Assembly (NCBI GenBank): GCA_024637305.1
Contig: JAGXFI010000065.1
Location: 14,195-78,194 of the forward strand
Reading direction: 5' to 3'
From: Sulfitobacter sp.
GTDB taxonomy: Bacteria > Pseudomonadota > Alphaproteobacteria > Rhodobacterales > Rhodobacteraceae
DNA length: 64,000 bases
This document shows positions 10,161 through 20,064 of the stretch, piece after piece. Below the pieces are notes generated by a model. It did no database searches, had not been told where the DNA came from, and saw nothing but the letters and a program-made list of their open reading frames with translations. Positions within the stretch are counted from its first letter, which is position 1. Each line of letters opens with the position of its first letter. Position numbers and translations under genes: made by a program.

Positions 10161-11463
10161 CATCCAAATTGCTGGCCTCTTTATTGGCGCTCTGTTCTTT
10201 TTGATCCTCATGCGCGTCCCGATCGGCGTGTCGCTGATCGCGGTCTCCTTCGGCGGACTTTGGTCGATGTTCAATTGGAACATCGCATGGGGATCGCTGG
10301 GTATCGTCCCCTATAATTTCGCCAACAGTTGGGTTCTCAGCTCCATCCCTGCGTTCCTCCTGATGGGCTTTATCTGCTATCATACGCGACTCACGCAGGG
10401 CCTGTTCAGTGCCGCGCAGGTCTGGCTTTCGGGGCTGCCCGGCGGGCTGGCCATCGCATCGGTCTTCGGCTGCGCGGGGTTTGCGGCCGTGACGGGATCG
10501 TCGGTCGCCTGCTCGGCTGCAATGGGCAAGATTGCGGTGCCAGAAATGATGCGCAACAGGTACAGCGCGGAATTGGCCACCGGAACGGTTGCCGCTGCCG
10601 GGACCATTGGTGCCCTCATCCCGCCGTCGATTCTGATGATCCTATACGGCATCATCTCGCGCCAATCCGTCAGCCAGCTGTTTCTGGGCGGTCTTGTTGT
10701 GGGGATGATCACCCTGCTGGTCTATGTGCTGCTCATTGTGGTGCGGGTCAAATTGAACCCCAGCCTTGCCCCGCTCGTCGACGGCAACCGAGCCACGCGC
10801 GCGCAGAAGTTCAAGGCCTTGGGGCAAACGTGGCCCGTTCTGCTGATCGTAATCGGTGTGTTCACAGGTCTCTTTGGTGGCGTGTTCACCCCAACCGAGG
10901 CTGGTGCCATCGGTGCCTTGCTATCAATGGTGGTGGCCGCTCTCTACCGAACGCTGACGTTCAAGGCCGTGCGGATGGCGCTGATCGAGACGATCACAAC
11001 CACGGCGGCACTGTTAATTATCGCGGTCGGTGCCAGCTTGCTGACACGCTTTCTGGCTCTGTCGGGCATCGGCGATGCGCTGTCGTCTTCGATTTTGGCA
11101 TTTGGCGTCTCCCCGGTGCTGATCATGGTGGGCGTCGTGTTCGTTTATCTGGTTCTTGGCATGATGTTGGAACCCGTTGGGGCAATGTTGCTGACGCTGC
11201 CCATCGTTCTGCCGTTGGTCGATGAAACGGGCTATAGTCTGCTGTGGTTCGGGGTCGTGCTGGTCAAGCTGCTTGAGATTGGGATGATCACGCCACCGAT
11301 GGGGATGAACGTGTTTGTTATCAAGGGGGTGGTCGGCAATACGGCATCCCTTACCACGATTTTCCGTGGCGTTTTCTGGTTCGTCGTGGTCGATCTGTTG
11401 ATCGTCGCGTTGCTGATCGCCTTCCCCCAGATCGTTCTGTTCCTGCCTAATTGGGTGGGCTGA
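10153..11463 (+). CDS. dctM: TRAP transporter large permease
   Basis: GSSVAC, GTIGALIPPS, TPTEAGA, ITPPMGMN motifs. Confidence 0.92.
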   Translation: MSDIQIAGLFIGALFFLILMRVPIGVSLIAVSFGGLWSMFNWNIAWGSLGIVPYNFANSWVLSSIPAFLLMGFICYHTRLTQGLFSAAQVWLSGLPGGLAIASVFGCAGFAAVTGSSVACSAAMGKIAVPEMMRNRYSAELATGTVAAAGTIGALIPPSILMILYGIISRQSVSQLFLGGLVVGMITLLVYVLLIVVRVKLNPSLAPLVDGNRATRAQKFKALGQTWPVLLIVIGVFTGLFGGVFTPTEAGAIGALLSMVVAALYRTLTFKAVRMALIETITTTAALLIIAVGASLLTRFLALSGIGDALSSSILAFGVSPVLIMVGVVFVYLVLGMMLEPVGAMLLTLPIVLPLVDETGYSLLWFGVVLVKLLEIGMITPPMGMNVFVIKGVVGNTASLTTIFRGVFWFVVVDLLIVALLIAFPQIVLFLPNWVG

Positions 11464-11540
11464 AAGGCGCACTGCTTGATTGACCCAGCACATGATTATG
11501 CGAGCACTTCAAGGGACAGGGCAAATACGTCGAAGCCGGA

Positions 11541-12134
11541 TCAGTCCGACGCGCCAGTAACGCTCAGGCCCAGCACGCGCCAACTCTGCATACCGCCTCG
11601 GTAATAGTATATTCGTTCGGCCGGGTAACCGGCTGCAATCATCGCCCGAATGGCAGTCGGACTTTGCCCGCACCAAAGGCCGTTGCAGAACAGGGCGACG
11701 GTGCGTGCCTCGGTGCAGTCCCAGCCATCAAAGTCAGGCTCACAGCCCAATTCGCCCAGACGGTCCACCATGTACATGTATGGAATGTTAACCGATCCCG
11801 GAATCGTGCCGCCCTTGAACCAATCATGCGTGCGGCTGTCGACCACCGTAGCCTCGTCATCGGTCAGCATATCCAGCAGCTCCAATTCGCCAATGGTGGT
11901 CACATCCGGCGCGGGCGTCATCGGCTGGATGCAGAACGGCGGACAGGGGCGCGAGGTAAGCGCCCATTCACCGGTCACCTGATTGGCATGGTCCTGTTCG
12001 CGCGAGATTTCCATCGGCCCCGCGGGTGTTCGCACAGTGACAGACGGTAGATCAGGGCGAATGTTCACCGGCTCCTGCGCGGCAATCGGTGACGCGATCA
12101 GAACAACAATTGCAACGAAACCATAAAGGCGCAT
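11541..12134 (-). CDS. Periplasmic rhodanese-domain sulfurtransferase
   Basis: Signal peptide, VDSR, GTIPGSVNIP, FCNGLWCGQS, YYRGGMQSW. Confidence 0.85.
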   Translation of the reverse strand: MRLYGFVAIVVLIASPIAAQEPVNIRPDLPSVTVRTPAGPMEISREQDHANQVTGEWALTSRPCPPFCIQPMTPAPDVTTIGELELLDMLTDDEATVVDSRTHDWFKGGTIPGSVNIPYMYMVDRLGELGCEPDFDGWDCTEARTVALFCNGLWCGQSPTAIRAMIAAGYPAERIYYYRGGMQSWRVLGLSVTGASD

Positions 12135-12390
12135 AAGGATTCTCCCCGACGCTTTGCGAAAATCAGGACAGATCGGATTGCGATCATCCTGACCAATGGC
12201 CGGGCCAAGCGCGCCGTAACGAAAATTACGCCGACGTTGCCCTGCTTGCAAACGAAAAACTTCTCCTACCATGGCGCGATGGAGTCCGGGGTCATGAAAA
12301 ACGCCCATTGGACGTCCCTGGCTTGCTCACGCAACAGCGCTCAGACAAGGCGAACGAGGGGCCCCGTTGGGGCGGATAACATACCGCAGA

Positions 12391-13227
12391 TCAGATCCAG
12401 AATGGCGGTGTCTTGCGCACTTTATGCCAATCCCTCTCGGCATTTGCCAATGCCTTGGTTGTCCTCGCGTCAAGACGTTCCTGCGCGGTCCGATCAGGTG
12501 CGGATGTGGCTTGTATCATTTTGATATCGGTGAGGGTGCCCAGCTGGTCCTGCAACGATCTGAGGTGCTTCAAGAAATCCTTTTTGGTTTTTCCGCTCCA
12601 CAGGTCACCAAAATACTCGCTCAGATATCGCAGAGTTTTGAGATCCTTCCGGAATGCATGGCGTTTGGCCTGCGACAGATCCGTGACAGATGGTCCATAA
12701 TCGCCGCAATCCGACCACGCCCGTTCCAGCGCTCGTACCGCGATCTTGCGCACCGGTGCCTTCCGCCAGCGTTTGGCCTTGCACCCCTTGCGTCTCCAGT
12801 TTTTTGACTGAAACAGGTCGCAAAGCCTCTCTGCATAGGTCGCTGCTCCGTGTGCTTTCATCGCCTCGCGCAGATCGGCGCGGATACGGTGCAGTTGGTC
12901 TTTCGAGGCGGTCTGCGCCTGCACCGATGCCAAACTTTCTGCACGCACATCGGCGTCGCGCAGTGTGCCGATCAGACGGAACAGCCTGCGCGCTTCATCC
13001 TTTTGTTCAGCAAGAATACTTCTGTCGATCAAGGGAGCAAAACCGGAGAGCACCGACCTTATCCGTCTCAGGGCAATACGCGCGCCATGTGGACCTTCCG
13101 GATCATCGGATGTCATCAGCTGGTCGCAATGCCTGTCAAAATCGTCACTGGTTGTCCTGATTATCGACCGGAGCGCCTTTTGGGCGGTGATGTCCTTGCT
13201 CATTTCGGCTTTGTTCGACGATGTCAT
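12391..13227 (-). CDS. CHAD domain protein
   Basis: HGARIALRRIRS, GTLRDADV, HAFRKDLKTLRY, LQDQLGTLTD motifs. Confidence 0.85.
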   Translation of the reverse strand: MTSSNKAEMSKDITAQKALRSIIRTTSDDFDRHCDQLMTSDDPEGPHGARIALRRIRSVLSGFAPLIDRSILAEQKDEARRLFRLIGTLRDADVRAESLASVQAQTASKDQLHRIRADLREAMKAHGAATYAERLCDLFQSKNWRRKGCKAKRWRKAPVRKIAVRALERAWSDCGDYGPSVTDLSQAKRHAFRKDLKTLRYLSEYFGDLWSGKTKKDFLKHLRSLQDQLGTLTDIKMIQATSAPDRTAQERLDARTTKALANAERDWHKVRKTPPFWI

Positions 13228-14807
13228 TGGCCTTCCCCTGGCGCATCCGACGGGCGACGGCCTGTGGGGTGTCCAGAACGACTGGTGGCTTCGTTCAAGT
13301 GCAACAAAGCCTCTTTCAAGCTCTGGGCCAAGGAATTGGCCGTGGAAACGGCCTCCCAGTCCATGACAGTCGGGGCGCGAGCGAGCTGTTTCGCCAGCAC
13401 GTCGGCATCAGCATCAGAAGCGCCGGGATCGCGGGTGTTGAGCCGCGAGTGCAGTAGATCCGGATCGGCCTCCAGCCAAAGCCCGTCGAAGCCTACATTG
13501 GCGGCCTGTGCTGCAGCACGGATTTGGGTGCGGTCATCGCTACGGTCATGCACCGCATCTGCAATCACAGTGACGCTGCCGGCAAGCAGCTTTTGCGCCC
13601 GCGTAGCCATCGCCGAATAGACCCGCGCCGACACGTCTGCGCTGTAGGCCTCGGGCGGAAGCGCTACACTTGGTGCAACATCAAACATCGCTTTTCGCGT
13701 GCGATCACTGCTGATCACTCTTGCACCCGGGGGGCGACCCAGATGCGGCGCAAGTTCTTCGGCGAGAGTCGATTTGCCGGATCCGCTAAGCCCGCCAACA
13801 GCGACCAACCGGGCTGCTTTCGGTACGAGCAGGTTCTCCGCCAAATCGAAATAGGCGCGCGCCTCATCTACCAGTGCCGCTTGATTGCTGGCCGCAGACT
13901 CGGCTTGGGTCGCGGTGACATGGGCCCGCACTGCCGCGCGCAAGGCTGTGAAAAACGGCATGAGGACATAGCCGTCCTCATATCCGTAAGTATCGAAATA
14001 GCGGTTCACGACACGGGTCGCCTCGGCGCGCAGCCCCCGGTGCCATAGGTCCATGACCAAAAATGCCAGATCATAGAGCAGATCCACAGTTGCAAGCGCG
14101 TCGTTGAACTCCAGGCAATCGAAAAGGCGGACCCGTCCCTGATAAAGGCAGATATTGCGTAGATGCAGGTCCCCGTGACAATGACGGACCTGCCCGGCCT
14201 TCGCCCTATCGTTCAATTGCGCGGCATGGTCTTGCAGGGCCACCTCAAACGCAGAGTTGAGACGGGAAATTTCGTCTTCATTGAAAACACTGCCTTGCCG
14301 AAACCCTGCCTCGTTGATCTTCAAAACCGCAGCGATATTTTCCGCGCCCCTAGCCATTTCATCCACCGTGGCGGCGGCATGGAATGTTGTGATCTCACCC
14401 GCCAGGGCATCAAGATGCTGAGATGTCAGCTTGCCATCCTTTGCCATCTGATCGAAAATACCTTCCTGATCAAAGCGGCACATTTCGACGACTGCATCGA
14501 GAAGCGGACCCGCGCCGTCAAATTCGCACCCCCCTGCCCTTGCGGTGATCCGGCGTACTCCAAGATAGAGCTCTGGCGCAGTCCGACGATTGAGGCTCAA
14601 CTCCCTTTCGCAGATATCCAGGCGACGTTCGGGAGTTGAGAAATCCAGATAAGGTAAGCGCACGGCCCGTTTGAGCTTGAAGGCACTCGACCCAATCAAA
14701 AACAGGTGAGAGATATGCGTGTCGATCCGCTCAACAGGGTCCGTCCGCCCATAGGTCGCAGGGTCCGTCAAAAAGGCTTTCACGGCCTCTTGGTCGCGAT
14801 CGGTCAT
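13224..14807 (-). CDS. Bifunctional aminoglycoside-phosphotransferase-like kinase / AAA_33 P-loop protein
   Basis: DTHISHLF, HGDLHLRNI, FDCLEF then GGLSGSGKST. Confidence 0.88.
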   Translation of the reverse strand: MTDRDQEAVKAFLTDPATYGRTDPVERIDTHISHLFLIGSSAFKLKRAVRLPYLDFSTPERRLDICERELSLNRRTAPELYLGVRRITARAGGCEFDGAGPLLDAVVEMCRFDQEGIFDQMAKDGKLTSQHLDALAGEITTFHAAATVDEMARGAENIAAVLKINEAGFRQGSVFNEDEISRLNSAFEVALQDHAAQLNDRAKAGQVRHCHGDLHLRNICLYQGRVRLFDCLEFNDALATVDLLYDLAFLVMDLWHRGLRAEATRVVNRYFDTYGYEDGYVLMPFFTALRAAVRAHVTATQAESAASNQAALVDEARAYFDLAENLLVPKAARLVAVGGLSGSGKSTLAEELAPHLGRPPGARVISSDRTRKAMFDVAPSVALPPEAYSADVSARVYSAMATRAQKLLAGSVTVIADAVHDRSDDRTQIRAAAQAANVGFDGLWLEADPDLLHSRLNTRDPGASDADADVLAKQLARAPTVMDWEAVSTANSLAQSLKEALLHLNEATSRSGHPTGRRPSDAPGEGQ

Positions 14808-14858
14808 TAAATTTCCCCCAGTTTTGGACGATAGTACGCAGATTTGTGCTCAGGCGCT

Positions 14859-14872
14859 TTGACAGGGGTCAA
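14859..14872. promoter_or_regulatory. FNR/FnrL/FixK-type binding site
   Basis: Perfect TTGAC-AGGG-GTCAA palindrome in the divergent intergenic region. Confidence 0.7.
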
Positions 14873-15017
14873 ACGGGCCGACCTTTCGCAACCAATCACC
14901 CTACAACAGCTGGAGTGAACATCTGCAAATGCCCAGTCCGGGTGATTTTGGCCTATAGTGAAACGTGCTGAAGTCCACGCTGGTAATACCGTCTCTTGAT
15001 GGGTGATAGTTGTGGAC

Positions 15018-16277
15018 ATGGATGGGCTTGATATCTTTGTGCGCCTTGCGCTGGCTCTGGCTATCGGAATGCTTCTGGGGCTGGAGCGCGGATGGCATGG
15101 GCGGGATGAAGCCGAGGGTGAACGCATCGCAGGGATACGGACTTTTGCGCTGACCGGACTTTTCGGTGGCGTTAGCGGCTGGCTGGCAGAGTTGACCATA
15201 CCGGTATTTCCCGCGCTGGCGATCTTTGCCCTCGGTGGGCTTCTGGCGGTGAGCTACTGGGTCAGTACAAAGGGCGGCGATGACCTTGGCATCACCACTG
15301 AAATCGCCCTGCTGCTGACCTTTGTTCTTGGTGTCACGTCCGTGGTGGGCGAAATGGCACCGACGGTTGCGGTTGCGGTCGTGGCGACGTTGCTGCTGTC
15401 GATGAAGTCCACGCTTCACCGCTGGCTCAAACAGATCAAACAGTTTGAACTTGAAGCCGTCTTCAAGCTTGCCCTCATTTCTGCGGTGATCCTGCCTCTT
15501 TTGCCCGATGAAGCTTACGGACCCGGAGCCGTGCTCAATCCCTACGAACTGTGGTGGGCAGTTGTGATTGTGGCGGGATTGTCGTTCATCGGTTATGGTG
15601 CCATTCGGCTTGCAGGGGCCAAAGCAGGCATTCTTGCGACCGGTCTCTTCGGTGGGCTTGCGTCATCGACTTCGACCACCTTGGCACTTGCGCGTTTCGT
15701 TCGGAAAAACGACGCTCTGGCTGCTCTTGGAGCGGCCGGAATAATTGTATCCGGTTCGGTGACCTTTCTTCGCATTATCGCACTCGTCGCGGTTTTTGAA
15801 TCGAGCCTGATTACGCCGTTGGCTGTCCCGATGGGCGTTATGGCCGCGACCGGTCTAATCGGAGCAGCGGTCATTTACTTCACCGCAGACCGAAGGCCTG
15901 ACGCTCAGGACGAGATCGGCGACATCGGGAACCCTCTCGCATTGGCGACGGCTGTGATGTTCGGCATCATATTGGCTGTCGTTCTGCTCGGCACGCACTA
16001 CCTCGGCGTTTGGTTGGGAACAGGTGGGGTTTATGCCGCTGCTGCAATTTCAGGCCTCACAGATGTAGACGCTCTGACGATTTCCGTGTCACGTTTGGTT
16101 GGCGGAGAAATCAATGCGACAAACGGCGCAATCGCGATTTTCATCGCCGCGTCTGTCAACACTGCCGTAAAGGGCGGGATAGCGCTATTTGTCGGCGGCT
16201 GGGCGCTTGGGCTGCGGGTGTTGGCTGTCTACCTCGCCGTGATAGGCACCGGCAGCGTCAGCCTCTGGCTAAGCTGA
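15018..16277 (+). CDS. MgtC/SapB + DUF4010 membrane protein
   Basis: LGLERG, AGIRTF, GITTE, GGLASSTSTT, SGLTDVDA motifs. Confidence 0.88.
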   Translation: MDGLDIFVRLALALAIGMLLGLERGWHGRDEAEGERIAGIRTFALTGLFGGVSGWLAELTIPVFPALAIFALGGLLAVSYWVSTKGGDDLGITTEIALLLTFVLGVTSVVGEMAPTVAVAVVATLLLSMKSTLHRWLKQIKQFELEAVFKLALISAVILPLLPDEAYGPGAVLNPYELWWAVVIVAGLSFIGYGAIRLAGAKAGILATGLFGGLASSTSTTLALARFVRKNDALAALGAAGIIVSGSVTFLRIIALVAVFESSLITPLAVPMGVMAATGLIGAAVIYFTADRRPDAQDEIGDIGNPLALATAVMFGIILAVVLLGTHYLGVWLGTGGVYAAAAISGLTDVDALTISVSRLVGGEINATNGAIAIFIAASVNTAVKGGIALFVGGWALGLRVLAVYLAVIGTGSVSLWLS

Positions 16278-16508
16278 CAAATTCGGCAAAAAATCTACCG
16301 AGGAAGCTGGCCTGATCATGCGGCAATGCTGCACCAACCCTTTGCCAAGCCTGCCCGTTCAGGACAAGCGGCACCACCTGGAAGGAGCGCAAGGTCACTC
16401 GATGGCAGCAAGATCGGCGTCCGCACACTTCTTGGCTTTGCCATCACTTCGCGTCAACGGCTGGGGTTGAAACAGCTCTTTTCCACGTATCGCACCTTCA
16501 AAAGGCTG

Positions 16509-18089
16509 TCAGCCGTCGTCGAAAACTTTTGCATATTCCAGCCGCAGGTCGCGTTTCAGGATCTTGCCGCTGGCATTCTTGGGCAGGCCTTCGGCAATCT
16601 CGATATGCTTGGGTGCCTTGAAATGCGCCAGTGCATCGCGGCAGTAGCTCATCACCGTCTCGGCGGTCAGGGATGCGCCGGCTTTGGGCACCACCACAGC
16701 GGTCACCGCCTCGATCCACTTTGGATGGGGCACGCCGAACACTGCCACCTCGGCCACGTCCGGGTGACGGAATATCGCCTCCTCGACCTCGCGGCTCGCA
16801 ACATTTTCACCGCCCGTCTTGATCATGTCCTTCTTGCGATCCACGACATAGAGATACCCATCCGCGTCGAACCGGCCCAGATCACCGCTGTGGAACCAGC
16901 CGCCGCGGAACGCCTCCGCCGTCTTGTCGGGGTCGTTGAAATACTCGGTGATCAGATGCGGACTGCGGTGCACGATCTCGCCCACCTCACCCACCGGCAC
17001 GGCAACGTCATTGTCATCCACCACGCGGGTTTCAACATTCAGCGCTGGACGCCCGGCGGAGCCCAGCTTGCGCATCTGATCTTGCGGTTTCAGGATCGTG
17101 GCCAGCGGGGCCATCTCGGTCTGACCATAAAAATTGAATAGCCGCATATTCGGCAAGCGCTGCGACAACTCCTCGATCACCGCCGTGGGCATGATCGACG
17201 CGCCGTAATAGCCCGCGTTCAGGCTGCTCAGATCCCGTTTGTCGAAATCGGAATGACGCAACAGGGCGATCCACATGGTCGGCGGGCAAAACAGCTTGGT
17301 CACGCCGTGGGCCTCGATCGCGGTCAGCATCTCGGACGGGTCGGCCTTGTCATGCACAATCGAGGTGACGCCAAGATACAGATCGGGGCTGAGAAAACAG
17401 TCGAGCTGCGCGCAGTGAAACAACGGCAGGCAATGCAGCGAAATCGCATCCTCGGTCATCTCGCCGTCGATAATGCAGCTTGAATACTGCGCGTAAAGCG
17501 CGGCAGAGGTTTGCAGGGCACCTTTAGGCCGGGATTCAGTGCCGCTGGTATACATCATCTGGATCGGATCATCCGCGTCGATGTCGCGCCAGACCTCGGA
17601 CGCCTCCTCGTGATCCAGCAGGTCCGAGACGGGGTGCCAGCCCTCTGGTGCGTCAACCCCCGCATGTGGGATGGTAAATTTTGGCATGTCCTGCCCTATC
17701 TCCGACAGCGCGGCTTCCGCCGTGGCGCAAAGCGCGTCCTCGGCGATCAACATCCGCGCGCCGGAATGGGTCAGGATATAGGCCACATCGGGCGCGGTCA
17801 GCATGAAGTTGACCGGCGTGGTCACGGCCCCCAGCCGCGCCAGCGCATAACGCAGTACCACGAATGTGCGGTTGTTATGGGTAAAGATCGCCACCCGGTC
17901 CCCCTTGACCACGCCGCGTGCCTCAAGCGCGTGGGCGGCCCGGTTCACAGCGGCATCCAGATCGGCGAATGTGTCGCTAAGGTCGCGGAACACCAGCGCG
18001 GTCTTGGTGGGGGTGCGCGCAGCGGTCCGCCGCAGCATGTCGCCCAATTGCTGGCCCCGCGCACGGCGGATCATTTGATCGGTTTGCAT
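16509..18089 (-). CDS. Fatty acyl-CoA synthetase
   Basis: YTSGTESRPKG, YGQTE, HSGDLG, PKNASGK motifs. Confidence 0.92.
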   Translation of the reverse strand: MQTDQMIRRARGQQLGDMLRRTAARTPTKTALVFRDLSDTFADLDAAVNRAAHALEARGVVKGDRVAIFTHNNRTFVVLRYALARLGAVTTPVNFMLTAPDVAYILTHSGARMLIAEDALCATAEAALSEIGQDMPKFTIPHAGVDAPEGWHPVSDLLDHEEASEVWRDIDADDPIQMMYTSGTESRPKGALQTSAALYAQYSSCIIDGEMTEDAISLHCLPLFHCAQLDCFLSPDLYLGVTSIVHDKADPSEMLTAIEAHGVTKLFCPPTMWIALLRHSDFDKRDLSSLNAGYYGASIMPTAVIEELSQRLPNMRLFNFYGQTEMAPLATILKPQDQMRKLGSAGRPALNVETRVVDDNDVAVPVGEVGEIVHRSPHLITEYFNDPDKTAEAFRGGWFHSGDLGRFDADGYLYVVDRKKDMIKTGGENVASREVEEAIFRHPDVAEVAVFGVPHPKWIEAVTAVVVPKAGASLTAETVMSYCRDALAHFKAPKHIEIAEGLPKNASGKILKRDLRLEYAKVFDDG

Positions 18090-18141
18090 TTTTGTCCTCA
18101 TTCGTTGTCTTGCGCCCGGCCTCTTGGCCGGACGATATGGA

Positions 18142-19449
18142 TCAGTTCACCATTCCCGGTAGCCACAGCACCAGCTGCGGAAAGGCACACAGGATCCCGA
18201 CCAGCACCAGATCCATCACAATGAACCAGGCGACACCCCGAAAGATGGCCGAGGTTTTCACCAGATCGCCCACTACGCTTTTGATCACGAACACATTCAT
18301 CCCGATGGGTGGGGTGATCATCCCGATTTCCAGCAGCTTGGTCAGCACGATGCCGAACCACAGCAGGTTCCAACCGGCCGCATCGACCACAGGCAGAATG
18401 ATCGGCAGCGTCAGCAGCATCGCCCCGATAGGTTCCAGAAACATCCCCATCAGCAGATAGATGACGACAATGCCAAGGATCAGCAGAACCGGGCTGGAAG
18501 CGATGTTCAAAATGCCCGACGACAGGTAATCGCCCGCGCCCGACAGCGCCAGAAACCGCGTCAGCAGGCTTGCCCCGATCGCAATGATCAGCAGCGCCGC
18601 TGTGGTCATCAGGGTTTCGCGCGCTGCGGTCAGAAAACGATCAAGCGTCATCTCGCGTGTCAGGATAGCCACCACACAGGCCATGGATGCGCCCACAGCG
18701 CCCGCCTCGGTCGGGGTGAATACGCCCCCGAACAGCCCGCCGAAAATGCCCAGCATGATCAGCAGGATCGGCCAGGTCTCGCGCAGTGCGATCAGTTTTT
18801 CGCGCAGGCTGACGCTGGTGTCGCGTTCAGGGGCAAGCGCCGGGTTCAGCCAGACTCGCAGCAACACCACAAGGATATAGCCGACCGCCGTCATCAGGCC
18901 CGCGACGACACCGCCCAGGAAAAGCTGGGTGATCGAGATCTGCGCGATCACCCCATAAAGGATCAGGATGATCGAGGGCGGGATCAGCGCCCCAATGGTG
19001 CCCGCCACCGCGACCGTGCCGGTGGCCAGCTCCGGATGGTATTTGTATTTCATCATCTCAGGAATGGCGATCCGCCCCATAGCCGCCGAACAGGCAATGG
19101 ACGAGCCCGACACCGCAGCAAACCCCGCCGAGCCGAAGATCGACGCGATGGCAAGTCCGCCAGGCAGCCCCGCAAGCCAGATCCGCGCCGCGTTGAACAT
19201 GCCGCGCGTCAATTGCGTGTGATAGCTGATGAACCCCATGAACAAGAACATCGGGATCGAGCTGAGGATCCAGCTTGAGGTAAAGCTGTAGGGCACGATG
19301 CTCATCGCGCCCCAGGCGACGCGCGGCCCCATAAGCGCGTAGAGCCCGGTAAACGATACCCCAATCAAGGCGATGCCGATGGGCACGCGCACCGCGATCA
19401 ATGCAATCAGGGTTGCCAGGCCAGTCAGGCCGATGCCGACATCAGTCAC
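18142..19449 (-). CDS. dctM: TRAP transporter large permease (second copy)
   Basis: Same DctM motifs as 10153-11463. Confidence 0.92.
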   Translation of the reverse strand: MTDVGIGLTGLATLIALIAVRVPIGIALIGVSFTGLYALMGPRVAWGAMSIVPYSFTSSWILSSIPMFLFMGFISYHTQLTRGMFNAARIWLAGLPGGLAIASIFGSAGFAAVSGSSIACSAAMGRIAIPEMMKYKYHPELATGTVAVAGTIGALIPPSIILILYGVIAQISITQLFLGGVVAGLMTAVGYILVVLLRVWLNPALAPERDTSVSLREKLIALRETWPILLIMLGIFGGLFGGVFTPTEAGAVGASMACVVAILTREMTLDRFLTAARETLMTTAALLIIAIGASLLTRFLALSGAGDYLSSGILNIASSPVLLILGIVVIYLLMGMFLEPIGAMLLTLPIILPVVDAAGWNLLWFGIVLTKLLEIGMITPPIGMNVFVIKSVVGDLVKTSAIFRGVAWFIVMDLVLVGILCAFPQLVLWLPGMVN

Positions 19450-19978
19450 TTATGAACTTCGCATTTTCATCTGTTTCATTCAGTCCGTTGCGCCAGCCGG
19501 TGAGGACGGTGATAACCCTGTAAGCTGCGATCAGCGCCATCAGCGCCGCGCCAAGGGGCACCATCCAGTAACTCTGCCAGATTTCTATCCGCTGCGATCC
19601 CTGCTCCATCGTGGCACCGATGTTGGTCTTTTTGACCGCCTCGGTCCAGCCGCTGATCATCAGCACCACGACCACACCGACAGTCAGAGCGCTGGCAAAA
19701 ACCGAAAACCCTGTCTGCACCCGTTGCGGCATCAGATCGGTCAGAAACTCGACCGAGATATGGCTACGCTTTTCCTCGGCCACGCCAAGGGCGATGAACA
19801 CCAGCACGATCATATAATAGTTCGCCACCATCACGATCGTGCCGGGCAATGGCGTGTTGAACACGTATCGCCCCACCACATCAGCGGTTACGTGCAGCAT
19901 CATCAAGATGACGCAGATCGCCCCGATCAGGGACGATGACTTGGCCAGAAAAGACAGCACCCTGCCGATCATGTACAT
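19442..19978 (-). CDS. dctQ: TRAP transporter small permease (second copy)
   Basis: DVVGRY, HISVEF; GGAGG RBS. Confidence 0.88.
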   Translation of the reverse strand: MYMIGRVLSFLAKSSSLIGAICVILMMLHVTADVVGRYVFNTPLPGTIVMVANYYMIVLVFIALGVAEEKRSHISVEFLTDLMPQRVQTGFSVFASALTVGVVVVLMISGWTEAVKKTNIGATMEQGSQRIEIWQSYWMVPLGAALMALIAAYRVITVLTGWRNGLNETDENAKFISD

Positions 19979-20064
19979 GAATTGCCTCCGTCGGTATGCA
20001 AGGGAAACCGGGCCCCCCGTGCGCTGCACGATGCCCGGCTCTGGATTTCATGCGTCAGGCAGAA

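Noticed and set aside
19989..19998. CATACCGACG 10-mer shared with the first TRAP promoter (8223-8232)
   Set aside because: Single half-site in an intercistronic position; could be chance.
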